Shown: in pieces, positions 1 through 27,900 of the stretch
Layout: every line of letters begins with the position of its first letter
Position numbering within the stretch: position 1 is the stretch's first letter
From: Macrostomum lignano
Lineage: Eukaryota
Direction of reading: 5' to 3'
Assembly: GCA_002269645.1 (NCBI GenBank)
Contig: NIVC01003995.1
Location: 26,995-66,034, forward strand
Length of the DNA stretch: 39,040 nucleotides
Program-made: the position numbers and the translations under genes
Notes under the pieces: generated by a model
The model's database searches: none
Seen by the model: the letters and a program-made list of their open reading frames with translations, nothing else
What the model was told of the DNA's origin: nothing

Positions 1-231
1 ATCGCGGCTTAAACAGTTCTAACGATTAATTCTGTAGCTGTAGATAAAAATTATCTCTACCTGGGCAGGTGGGAAAGTGAGAACTCCATAAAGTCACTGG
101 CGCACTGGGATCACTGGAGCACAGAAGTAAAAAAATACATCAAGTGTTTAGGATGTGGCTGCATTGCAATTTATCCTAAGTCATCCTGCTCACGGACCCG
201 ACTAAAGCACTCCTGTCACCGCATTGCTTTG

Positions 232-1117
232 TTCACCAATTTCGGCGCCTCTTTCGCCAATTCTGGCGGCCTCTTTCACCAATTCTGGCGGCATCTCTTT
301 CACCAATTATCACGGCGTTCTCTTTCACCAATTCTGGCGCTTCTTTCACCAATCCTGGCGGCGTCTCTTTCACCAATTCTGGCGGCGTCTCTTTCACCAA
401 TCCTGGCGGCGTCTCTTTCACCAATTCTGGCGGCGTCTCTTTCACCAATTCTGGCGGCGTCTCTTTCACCAATTCTGGCGCGTCTCTTTCACCAATTCTG
501 GCGGCGTCTCTTTCACCAATTCTGGCGGCGTCTCTTTCACCAATCCTGGCGGCGTCTCTTTCACCAATTCTGGCGGCGTCTCTTTCACCAATCCTGGCGG
601 CGTCTCTTTCACCAATTCTGGCGGCGTCTCTTTCACCAATCCTGGCGGCGTCTCTTTCACCAATTCTGGCGGCGTCTCTTTCACCAATCCTGGCGGCGTC
701 TCTTTCACCAATTCTGGCGTCTCTTTCACCAATTCTGGCGGCGTCTCTTTCACCAATTCTGGCGGCGTCTCTTTCACCAATTCTGGCGTCTCTTTCACCA
801 ATTCTGGCGGCGTCTCTTTCACCAATCCTGGCGGCGTCTCTTTCACCAATTCTGGCGGCGTCTCTTTCACCAATTCTGGCGCCTCTTTCACCAATTCTGG
901 CGGCGTCTCTTTCACCAATTCTGGCGCCTCTTTCACCAATTCTGGCGGCGTCTCTTTCACCAATTCTGCGCGGCCTCTTTCACCAATTCTGGCGCCTCTT
1001 TCACCAATTCTGGCGCCTCTTTCACCAATGCTGCCGCCTCTTTCACCAATCCTGGCGCCTCTTTCACCAATGCTGGCGCCTCTTTCACCAATTCTGGCGC
1101 CTCTTTCACCAATTCTG
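232..1117. repeat. 24-bp minisatellite (ggcgtctctttcaccaattctggc) with 21-bp variants, roughly 38 copies
   Basis: Direct reading; explains the GVSFTNSG and LFHQFWRR ORFs. Confidence 0.95.
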
Positions 1118-1697
1118 AGAACTAGAGATGGAAGAGGATTGGAGAGCAATAACTTCAAATATTTTTCGAGTCAGACTTATTATCTTTATCATAACTAAAT
1201 CATATATTGTTATATTACTTTTTATATTAAAGTATTAGATCTTTGAGAAGTCCCTGTCAACTGCACGAAGCCCCATCGCTCACTTGTCTCTCGTTAAAAG
1301 CGAGCGCCTCTCACCCACGCCCAAATAAAAAAATGATGTCAGATGCGGGCATCAAAGCGAGACGAGCACCCCCCCCTCCAGGCGGCCTCAGGCTGAGCGC
1401 CTCCATCCCCAATCTGCAGTCATCCGTGAGCCAAGATGGGATGGACTGAGGGATGGACTGAGTGTTCGTCAGATGCCCTGCAGGAAAACAAAGGATATAG
1501 ATGGCCTAGAGCGGACCCCACAGGCAAAAATGCTTCGTCTTTATTATTTGTAAAGGCGCACCTTTGTCTTTGTACCTGTTGCTATTAATTATTCGTCAGC
1601 TGTCTCCTTTCAATTATTAACTTTGCATAAACTCAATCTTCTAAGTGCTGTCATCAGCTCGCGCAGTTATGATGACATTCCATCCCTGAGTGCATGA

Positions 1698-2107
1698 TCA
1701 TGTGAGTGTGAGTGACATTTTATCCGTGAGTTGATCATGTGAGTGTGAGTGTGAGTGACATTCCATCCGTGAGTTGATCATGTGAGTGTGAGTGTGAGTG
1801 ACATTCCATCCGTGAGTTGATAATGTTGGTGTGAGTGACATTCCATCCGTGAGTTGATCATGTTGGTGTGAGTGACATTCCATCCGTGAGTTGATCATGA
1901 TCATGATCATGTGAGTGACATTCCATCCGTGAGTTGATCATGATCATGATCATGTGAGTGACATTCCACCCGTGAGTTGATCATGTGAGTGTGAGTGACA
2001 TTCCACCCGTGAGTTGATCATGTGAGTGTGAGTGACATTCCACCCGTGAGTTGATCATGTGAGTGTGAGTGACATTCCACCCGTGAGTTGATCATGTGAG
2101 TGTGAGT
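1698..2107. repeat. Variable minisatellite (gtgagtgacattccatccgtgagttgatcat core with gtga/gatcat expansions)
   Basis: Direct reading. Confidence 0.9.
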
Positions 2108-3212
2108 TATTACATTTCATCTATTCAGTAGCAGACTGTCCACAGACCTCCCAATACCGCAAGCCGCCTGCAAAAAGTGCTCGAAGGAAGTGGGAAAAAC
2201 TTCCCTTTCCTGACACAACCCCTCCTTCAGCCTGAGCAGGAGGCAGCCCGAGGCATTCTGGGAATGCCCCATTGTTCCCACCCATCCCTCCTCATTTCCA
2301 TCCCCTGTTCCCCGCCTTGGCCTCCCAGATCTTTTGCAACAATTTGGTCTCGGGTCGATTCTTGAGCCCTCCTCCCGCCCTCTTCCTCGCCTTCTTTCCT
2401 CTCTGCCTCTGCGCTTCCCAGGCTGCAAATTGGGTCCAGAAATTAGGCGACAGGGGGGGTCGGAGGAAGGTGGGAGACAGAATCAATGGAGGAAAATAGG
2501 GGATATTTTTAGTAGAGAAGTCTGACTAGGGAGTTGGACTGGCTGATTGGTGGGCCATTGTGCGGCCTCCGCCCAGGTGGAGCAGAGCCTATGGCTTGCC
2601 TTAGCTGGGAATATCTGCAGGCTTGGGAGACGGCAGAACGGGAGACAAGCTTCTCTGTTGTCAAGCAATACCGGCGGGTGGGCCTTGCTGGCTTCCATTC
2701 TTTCAGCTCTTCTGTTTCTCTGCTTCTGCCCCCCCCCTCAGACGCAGCTCCCCCACCTCCGCCGCCTGTAAGCCTCCCGTGAGCTTAGAGGCCCTCAGGC
2801 GGCTGCAGCAGTGTGAGCAGGGAGAGAATAGCAGAAGCAGCCTCAGCAGGCAACAACAGGTGCACAGGGAGACGCTCGCATCGCGGTAGTTGGCTGCGAG
2901 AAGCAGAAGAAAGAAGGGAGAAGGAAGACGTGCTCCAATTTCAGCAATAAACACTGAAAGAAGCCGCCGACAAGACAATTTTTTTGCAACCAGAGTCTGA
3001 CGGCGACAGACTATCCATTGCTACAGATGAAGAAAGCAAAGTTGAGCGGCTGAGCGACCGCCGGCCAGCGCATCTCTCGGGCGAGCGACAGAGACTGGAA
3101 GCTCCATCTCGGGCCTCAGGGCTGGGCCAGTCGTCTTGAAGTTCGGGACAGCCAGCCGTGAGTGTCGTCCTGTAGAGCAAAGCCTCTCTGATGGGTTGTT
3201 TGGGCCGTGTCT

Positions 3213-3806
3213 AGTAGGGATATGCTTGAGTAGGGATATGCTTGAGTAGGGATATGCTTGAGTAGGGATATGCTTGAGTAGGGATATGCTTGAGTAGGGA
3301 TATGCTTGAGTAGGGATATGCTTGAGTAGGGATATGCTTGAGTAGGGATATGCTTGAGTAGGGATATGCTTGAGTAGGGATATGCTTGAGTAGGGATATG
3401 CTTGAGTAGGGATATGCTTGAGTAGGGATATGCTTGAGTAGGGATATGCTTGAGTAGGGATATGCTTGAGTAGGGATATGCTTGAGTAGGGATATGCTTG
3501 AGTAGGGATATGCTTGAGTAGGGATATGCTTGAGTAGGGATATGCTTGAGTAGGGATATGCTTGAGTAGGGATATGCTTGAGTAGGGATATGCTTGAGTA
3601 GGGATATGCTTGAGTAGGGATATGCTTGAGTAGGGATATGCTTGAGTAGGGATATGCTTGAGTAGGGATATGCTTGAGTAGGGATATGCTTGAGTAGGGA
3701 TATGCTTGAGTAGGGATATGCTTGAGTAGGGATATGCTTGAGTAGGGATATGCTTGAGTAGGGATATGCTTGAGTAGGGATATGCTTGAGTAGGGACATG
3801 CTTGAG
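3213..3806. repeat. 16-bp minisatellite (gcttgagtagggatat), about 37 near-identical copies
   Basis: Direct reading; 16-aa periodic ORFs. Confidence 0.95.
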
Positions 3807-3890
3807 CGTGGCAATCATAGCTATTATCTGCAAGCGAATTCCCGGAACCAGCATCCGCAGACACCCGACCCGTCCATCAAGCAGACAGGC

Positions 3891-19047
<15,157 letters not shown>

Positions 19048-20689
19048 GCCCCCAATCCCATTTGATTAAACCCGTGAAACTCACCTGCATGGCTATTGGT
19101 ATCGGCAGTTTGATCGCGTGAATTGTTACGTAACTCTTTGTACATGTACTTCTGAATCCTCTGACTCTGTCTGCCCGTGTCAATGCATTGTCTGGGACTC
19201 TGGCAGCCACAAAAGGCCTCACACTGCCATCAGTTGAGCATTAAGACTGATGGAGGAACACAGATATGAAAAAATACGTGCAAGTCGTGCGTGATCACAG
19301 AGACTGGCCAAATTTGATGGCGGTGTGAGCGAGCTTTTACAGACAGCCTCCTTCCTACTCTCTCTAAAGTCTAATTCAGGATAGCAAGGCAGTTAGCTGA
19401 TTATTTCTGCGAGGAAGGCCAATAAAAGTTGTGAAGACAAAACGAGGCCAAGTTTGTTAGCAGTGGCGGAAAAGCTTAAATGTACAGTTGTTTGGCTCGG
19501 TGGATGATGTACGTAGCGCAGAGCAATTTGTATTGGCTGGACGGATTGTGGGGCGATAAAGAAGCGAATCTCCGCGAATTCAAGAATGTACATTTATATT
19601 GTCCTCGAGTCAAGAAAGAGAATGTACATAGGTCTTGACTTCCCCGGGGTGTGAGCTGATGGCAATTTAGTGGTGAAAAGAAAATTACTTTGAAGTAAAC
19701 CAACGGAGCAAATAATAGAAGTGAAGTGAAGCATACTACTGAACAGAAGTAGCATAATTGCATATATTGGTCTCGTGGCCCATGCTCTGGCTTACTATAA
19801 GTGTTCTTGGTATTCTACTGCACAAAGCGATCCGACACCCGAGCTTTCACTGCCAATGCGATTCGGAAATTTAACTGCCTTTTTTATTCGTCAAACTCTC
19901 GTCAATGCCCCGTGAAGACCTTTTACCTGCCCAAGTAAACCAGCTCTTGCAACTGTGCGAGTTCTTGATTTCTCCCCTATTTTCTATTGCCTATATTTTC
20001 ATAGACTCTGTCCACAACGCGCATTCCGAGCACAACTCAATGAGCTTATCTGAACTCACCTCACGCTCTGACACCTGTCCCATCAAACTAGGGCTTCTAG
20101 ATGTAAAAAGACGCGAGAAAAGTGGTTTCTTGGAAATTTGTTTAAAAGGTTGGCATTCATCGGCCTCAGTCAAGCAGTGACTTATATTATATATGAAACA
20201 GATAGATTTCGCATTCTTAGAAAGCGAGAGTCTAAAAAAGTTTTCCAGCGACGAAATTTCCCGTCCATAATCTTCTAGCGTTCCTTGCAAATCTATATTT
20301 CTTCTGATGCGCGGTCTATCTACTGACAGTAGTGTTCGAAACACGAAGAATTTGTGAAATATTTTTAATTGGTACTCCTAAATGCTATTGAAGATGCGTG
20401 CAGAAATAAGATTTTTTTTCTATAATCGTAGATTTTGTTTTAAATAACGTTGCTTCTGATTCGTTGCATTCAAAACCTTTCGACTCCGGACTCGAAATCA
20501 AATATTAAATATAACTGTTGGATGCGGCAAGCACTATTTTCTGAGTTTTTCGTAAACACTGATCATGTTTTACAGTTGGTTACTTTGCTGGCTTTCCTTG
20601 CATGCCTCCAGCCTGCAAGACAAGACTCTCAAGGTAACTCTGAGGGATGCTTAGTCAAGGAGTGAAGGTCTGAACTGTTGATTCTGGAT

Positions 20690-21365
20690 GTGGGGTGTAC
20701 ACTGTAGAGTGTGGGATCTTGGAGTGGGAGATCTAGGGTGTGGGAAATAGGGTGTGGGATATAGGGTGTGGGGTATAGGGTATGGCATATAGGGTGTGGC
20801 ATATAGGGTGTGGGATATAGGGTGTGGAATATAGGGTGTATGATATAGGGTGTGGGGTATAGGGTATGGCATACAGTATAGGGTGTGAATATAGGGTGTG
20901 GGATCTAGGGTGTGGGATGTAGGGTGTGGCATACAGGGTGTGGAATATAGGGTGTGGGATATAGGGTGTGGGGTATAGGGTATGGCATATAGGGTGTGGG
21001 ATATAGGGTGTGGGATATAGGGTGTGGGATCTAGGGTGTGGCATATAGCGTGTGGGATATAGGGTGTGGGATATAGGGTGTGGGATATAGGGTGTGGGAT
21101 ATAGGGTGTGGGATCTAGGGTGTGGCATATAGGGTGTGGGATATAGGGTGTGGGATCTAGGGTGTAAGATCTAGAGTGTGGGATATAGGGTGTGGAATCT
21201 ATGGTTTGGGATCTAGGGTGTGGGATATAGGGTGTGGGATCTAGGGTGTGGCATATAGCGTGTGGGATATAGGGTGTGGGATATAGGGTGTGGGATATAG
21301 GGTGTGGGATATAGGGTGTGGGATCTAGGGTGTGAGATCTAGGGTGTGGGATATAGGGTTTGGGA
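20690..21365. repeat. 14-bp G-rich minisatellite (atatagggtgtggg)
   Basis: Direct reading. Confidence 0.93.
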
Positions 21366-21703
21366 TATTACATGTGTGGTGTAGGATGTAGAGTTGAGAT
21401 GTAGGATGTGGGATGTGGGTTGTTAGTTGTGGGTATTTTTTATTGCTCCTGTTGTAAAATTGTCGTTCAACTTTTAGTCTACTTGTGAAATGGTGAAAAT
21501 TAACTTTTTTTAAAGAGGTGTTAACTTGGCAATTAGTCACGACTCAACTTATTCCACAGCAGCTGTCTATGGCCCAGGCCGCCATGTCAAAACAGCTACT
21601 CTGCATTAAGCATTTAGCGTCAGGTGTCTCGGCAGCCTAGCAAAGCTCCCTTGTCAGATACTCGTACTGAAGGCTTTCGACCGAGTCCACCTAGCGGCGC
21701 AGC

Positions 21704-21951
21704 ATGGACCATTGGGGCCCGTACCTGCCCGAGGTTGCTGCGGAGCTCGGCTTCGAGGAATTCTGCAATCGAGACGGCATTTTCGGCTTCTGCAATTCGG
21801 GCGGCACCGCCGGGGCGGCCATCTCTGCTTGGGCAGGCGGCGGCGGGCGGCCGAAGGCGCGGCTGCAGCCCAACTCGCTGGCCGGGCCCGGCGGCGGGTG
21901 CGAGTTCGCGCCCGGACTGGCTGACCCGATGTACCGGTACTGTGCCGGCAG
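21704..21951 (+). CDS. Gene 2 exon 1 (MDHWGPYLPE...PMYRYCAG)
   Basis: ATG at 21704; donor AG|gtgcca (phase 2) chosen because it fits exon 2. Confidence 0.65.
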
Positions 21952-24900
21952 GTGCCACTGCCGACAGGTGATCTCTTGATGATGACAAGTTGTGGCGCTG
22001 TCTTCTGATTCTAGTTGTGGCGCTGTCTGATTCTAGTTGTGGCGCTGTCTGATTCTAGTTGTGGCGCTGTCTGATTCTAGTTGTGGCGCTGTCTGATTCT
22101 AGTTGTGGCGCTGTCTCATTCTAGTTGTGGTTCTGTCTGATTCTAGTTGTGGCGCTGTCTGATTCTAGTTGTGGCGCTGTCTTCTGATTCTAGTTGTGGC
22201 GCTGTCTGATTCTAGTTGTGGCGCTGTCTGATTCTAGTTGTGGCGCATTCAATATATGCCTTTCCCAGTCTATCAACTTATCCGGAGATAAATTCCGGTC
22301 CCAAAAATTGTTAAAACCCAGGCTTCCGGTCCTCCATTTGACATCCGGTTCGAACTGGCCAAGGAGAGCGCCAGCAGAATTTACTGCAGGCTGACTGTGG
22401 AGACTCAAGACACAGCGGAGCCGGCCTCAGCTGATGAAGCATCCGCGTCAACAGCGGAGCTGACGGTGGCGGTTCAGCTGTGGGTTTGCCACGCGGACTG
22501 CGGGCGGGTTCAGCTGGCCGAAGAAGAGGGCGAAGCTTCTGGTGGCGGCTACGTCCGGCTGAGGATGGCCGGTGAGCGCTTGAACTACTCATTATTCAGT
22601 AGTATCGTTGGCTTGGCTTGTAGATTGAGTTCAGTTCGGCTTGTATTTTATGATAGCAACTAATAACTAACTGACAGATTTAAGAGGCTCACTCTGAGCA
22701 ACCTATGACAGATCAATGTAAGTACGCGCCTCAAACAGTGCCCCAAACAGTGCCCTAAACAGTGCCCCAAACAGTGCCCCAAACAGTGCCCTAAACAGTG
22801 CCCCAAACAGTGCCCTAAACACTGCTCTAAACAGTGCCCTAAACAGTGCCCCAAACAGTGCCCCAAACAGTGCCCTAAACAGTGCCCCAAACAGTGCCCT
22901 AAACACTGCTCTAAACAGTGCCCTAAACAGTGCCCCAAACAGTGCCCTAAACAGTGCTCAAAACAGTGCCCTAAACACTGCTCTAAACAGTGCCCCAAAC
23001 AGTGCCCTAAACACTGCTCTAAACAGTGCCCTAAACAGTGCCCCAAACAGTGCCCCAAACAGTGCCCTAAACAGTGCCCCAAACAGTGCCCCAAACAGTG
23101 CCCTATACAGTGCCCTAAACACTGCCCTAAACAGTGCCCCAAACAGTGCACCAAACAGTGCCCTAAACAGTGCCCTAAACAGTGCCCCAAACAGTGCCCC
23201 AAACAGTGCCCCAAACAGTGCCCCAAACAGTGCCCTAAACACTGCTCTAAACAGTGCCCTAAACAGTGCCCCAAACAGTGCCCCAAACAGTGCCCCAAAC
23301 AGTGCCCCAAACAGTGCCCTAAACACTGCTCTAAACAGTGCCCTAAACAGTGCCCCAAACAGTGCCCCAAACAGTGCCCTAAACAGTGCCCCAAACAGTG
23401 CCCTAAACAGTGCCCCAAACAGTGCCCCAAACAGTGCCCTAAACAGTGCCCCAAACAGTGCCCTAAACAGTGCCCCAAACAGTGCCCCAAACAGTGCCCT
23501 AAACAGTGCCCCAAACAGTGCCCAAAACAGTGCCCTAAACACTGCTCTAAACAGTGCCCTAAACAGTGCCCTAAACAGTGCCCCAAACAGTGCCCTAAAC
23601 AGTGCCCCAAACAGTGCCCTAAACAGTGCCCCAAACACTGCCCTAAACAGTGCCCCAAACAGTGCCCCAAACAGTGCCCTAAACAGTGCCCCAAACAGTG
23701 CCCAAAACAGTGCCCTAAACACTGCTCTAAACAGTGCCCTAAACAGTGCCCTAAACAGTGCCCTAAACAGTGCCCTAAACAGTGCCCCAAACAGTGCCCT
23801 AAACAGTGCCCCAAACACTGCCCTAAACAGTGCCCCAAACAGTGCCCCAAACAGTGCCCTAAACAGTGCCCCAAACAGTGCCCAAAACAGTGCCCTAAAC
23901 ACTGGTCTAAACAGTGCCCTAAACAGTGCCCTAAACAGTGCCCCAAACAGTGCCCTAAACAGTGCCCCAAACAGTGCCCTAAACAGTGCCCCAAACACTG
24001 CCCTAAACAGTGCTCAAAATAGTGCTCCAAAAAGCGCCCCCCTCTCCTCCCTCAACACCTGAGCTCAGACGGCTGCCGGGGCCAGGCCTGCGTTTACCTG
24101 TCCGACAGACACGAGTCCGAGAACACCGACCTGCCTGGCGAGGACAGCCGTCGCGTTGACAATTTGAAGCTGCACTATCCGTCTGAGCATCTGGAGTCTG
24201 TGGTCTTCTGCGCTGAGCCTCAGGTCAGAGTGGGGTGCCTGATTGTCTGAGCTCAGAGCCCCAGTGCCAGGGAGTTCACAGTGTGCGGCTTCGCGAGAGT
24301 GAATCCCTCGTTGCCTGCAGAGGGTGAGTAATTAATTATCTGAGGTGACCTTCACGCGTGGCCCCCCGCAGGCCCTGGACCGGCTGATTGTCCACGGCGA
24401 CTCATCGCTGCTGTGCTCAGATCAGACCGTCGGGTGCCGAGTGGCCCTCATCTACCGGTTCCCGCTGGCTCCGGCCGGCAGCCAGAGCCTGAGCTTCCTG
24501 CTCAGCCCGGCCGGCAGCCCCGGCCCCGACTCCCCAGCCCGGATCTCCCAGCTGATGTCGCAGGCCGCGGCTCTGGCCAGCGACTCGCTGACTCGGCCGG
24601 CCGAGTGCGGAGTCGAGTTCGACCACCGCACCGGCTCGCTGATTCGCCGAGCCCTCTCCGGCCTGCTGTGGAATCGCCAGCTGTGCGGCCAGCAGCCGCT
24701 GACATCGACATCGGCGACGGTGTCGGTGAGGGTGTCGATAGCGCCGTCTCTGACGCAGCTGGCCAAGACAATTCTGGCCATTGTGCCGGACAAGTGGGCG
24801 CGGCCGGAGCCGGCCGGCTGGGAGCACGGGCTGCACGCGATCGCGCTGTGCCGGGTGAGCGGCCGGCTGGCCTTGGCGGAGCTGCGACACCAGTTCGACA

Positions 24901-27900
24901 GGATGTCGGCAGGCGGCGAGATTCTCGCTGGCGGTGGCGGCGGGGTCATGGAGCCGCCAGTGTGGCCGCTCGCCCTACTGGAGTTTCTGCGGTGAGTCCG
25001 TCGGGTCCTCGGCAATCTTCACTCAGGTCCTCACCAATTCTCCCTCAGGACCTCACCAATTCTCCCTCAGGACCTCACCAATTCTCCCTCAGGACCTCAC
25101 CAATTCTCACTCAGGACCTCACCAATTCTCACTCAGGTCCTCACCAATCACTCAGGTCCTCACCAATCACTCAGGTCCTCACCAATCACTCAGGTCCTCA
25201 CCAATCACTCAGGTCCTCACCAATCACTCAGGTCCTCACCAATCACTCAGGTCCTCACCAATCACTCAGGTCCTCACCAATTCTCACTCAGGTCCTCACC
25301 AATCACTCAGGTCCTCACCAATCACTCAGGTCCTCACCAATCACTCAGGTCCTCACCAATCACTCAGGTCCTCACCAATCACTCAGGTCCTCATAAATTC
25401 TTCGGATCCTAACCAATCCTCCCCTATGGCTTTGAGTTCCCTATGACGTCATCCGTCCTCTCGCCATCGGCTTTGCCCGTTTCCCCAGCCACAACAGCGA
25501 GCAGGAGGCGGCCAACGCCACATTCTGCGACCTGCTGCGCCACCTGCACTGGTGGCTGCTGATGCGCCGAGATGCCGGCCAGCGCAGCACCCTGGACGGC
25601 GGAATCCTCGGCCTGCGACACGCCGGCTGGATGGACGCCACCGAGCACGACGGCGAGTCCAACGATTCGCTGGTCTGGTCCGGCTTCTTCTGCGCTGTGA
25701 GTTGAGGGACACCTGCTCATGTGTGCCTTCTGGTCACCTGTTCGATTCTTCACCTGTTCGACTCTCCACCTGTTCGACTCTCCACCTGTTCGACTCTCCA
25801 CCTGTTCGACTCTTCACCTGTTCGACTCTTCACCTGTTCCACTCTCCACCTGTTCGACTCTCCACCTGTTCGACTCTCCACCTGTTCGACTCTCCACCTG
25901 TTCCACTCTCCAACTGTTTGACTCTCCACCTGTTCGACTCTCCACCTGTTCGACTCTCCACCTGTTCGACTCTCCACCTGTTCGATTCTCCGCCTGTTCG
26001 ACTCTCCACCTGTTCGACTCTTCACCTGTTCCACTCTCCACCTGTTCGACTCTCCACCTGTTCGACTCTCCACCTGTTCGACTCTCCACCTGTTCGACTC
26101 TTCACCTGTTCGACTCTTCACCTGTTCCACTCTCCACCTGTTCGATTCTCCGCCTGTTCCACTCTCCACCTGTTCGACTCTCCACCTGTTCGACTCTCCA
26201 CCTGTTCCACTCTCCACCTGTTCGACTCTCCACTTGTTTGACTCTCCACCTGTTCGATTCTCCGCCTGTTCGACTCTCCACCTGTTCGACTCTCCACCTG
26301 TTCGACTCTCCACCTGTTCCACTCTCCACCTGTTCGACTCTCCACCTGTTCCACTCTCCACCTGTTCGACTCTCCACCTGTTCGACTCTCCACCTGTTCG
26401 ACTCTCCACCTGTTCGACTCTCCACCTGTTCGACTCTTCACCTGTTCCACTCTCCACCTGTTCGACTCTCCACCTGTTCGATTCTTCGCCTGTTCGACTC
26501 TTCACCTGTTCGACTCTCCACCTGTTCCACTCTCCACCTGTTCGACTCTCCACCTGTTCCACTCTCCACCTGTTCGACTCTCCACCTGTTCGACTCTCCA
26601 CCTGTTCGACTCTTCACCTGTTTGATTCTTCACCTGTTCCACTCTCCACCTGTTCGACTCTCCACCTGTTCGACTCTTCACCTGTTCGACTCTCCACCTG
26701 TTCGACTCTCCACCTGTTCGACTCTTCACCTGTTCCACTCTCCACCTGTTCGACTCTCCACCTGTTCGATTCTCCGCCTGTTCGACTCTCCACCTGTTCG
26801 ACTCTCCACCTGTTCGACTCTCCACCTGTTCGACTCTCCACCTGTTCGACTCTCCACCTGTTCGACTCTCCACCTGTTCCACTCTCCACCTGTTCGACTA
26901 TCCACCTGTTTGACTCTTCACCTGTTCGACTCTCCACCTGTTCGACTCTCCACCTGTTCGACTCTTTACCTCTTCACTTCTTCACCTGTTGTCTACTTGT
27001 TCACCTGTTTACCTGCTCACCTGGCTGCCAAACTGCCTGATACATCACTTTCTCACTGGGCGTCCCTCACCGCAGAAAATGGTGCACCTGGCGGCCCTGC
27101 TCCGCCGCCAGGAGCTCAAGTCCCTGCTAGATTTGTTTAACGCAGCGATGGCTTCGCTGCACAACGAGTCCGCCTTCGTGAACGGCCTCTTCCGGCCCAA
27201 CCTGCTGTCGGATCGGCAGCCGGCCGGCGAAGCTGCCGATGCCACTGCGACGGCGCTGCCAGCTGGCGCCTCGCCTCCCTGCAAGCGCGGCGCCACCTGC
27301 TGCTGCGCCTTCGGCCTGGTGCCTCTGCTGGGCTGCGCCATCGTGCCCCGCGACGGTCTGGCCGCAGACCCGGAGGCGAACACGCTGGTTGACTGGCTGC
27401 ACTGGCTGGCCAGCGAGGCCTCGGCGTCGGGCAGCTCGGAGACGCCGTGCCTGTTCGTCCGGGGCGAGGAGTCGCGCGGCCGGATGTTGATCAGCTGGCT
27501 GGGGGAGGCCGAGTTCCTGCAGACCTGCGAGGTGAGCCTTTGTATGCGGTTTTATCGCTTCTGATGCCTGCTGTTCCTCGTCTGACATCCTGCTTTATCC
27601 TACTGACACCATGCTGTTCCTCGTCTGACATCCTGCTTTATCCTACTGACACCCTGCTGTTCCTCGTCTGACATCCTGCTTTATCCTACTGACACCATGC
27701 TGTTCCTCGTCTGACATCCTGCTTTATCCTACTGACACCCTGCTGTTCCTCGTCTGACATCCTGCTTTATCCTACTGACACCCTTCTGTTCCTCGTCTGA
27801 CATCCTGCTTTATCCTACTGACACCCTGCTGTTCCTCGCCTGACATCCTGCTTTATCCTACTGACACCATGCTGTTCCTCGTCTGACACCTGCTTTATCC

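Noticed and set aside
224-1198. Long ORFs of 230-324 aa (GVSFTNSG / ELVKETPP repeats)
   Set aside because: They are translations of a 24-bp minisatellite that is open in several frames and on both strands, with no splice or coding context.
2150-2230. CKKCSKEVGK motif suggesting a LINE ORF1 PHD finger
   Set aside because: It is followed by a stop, with no further ligands or RT sequence nearby. Too little evidence.
19421-19426. AATAAA as the Nav2 polyadenylation signal
   Set aside because: Plausible, but a single hexamer in AT-rich DNA cannot be supported without 3'-end data.
22660-24030. 456-aa (HCLG)n ORF resembling a metal-binding repeat protein
   Set aside because: It is the antisense translation of a 12-bp intronic minisatellite inside gene 2.
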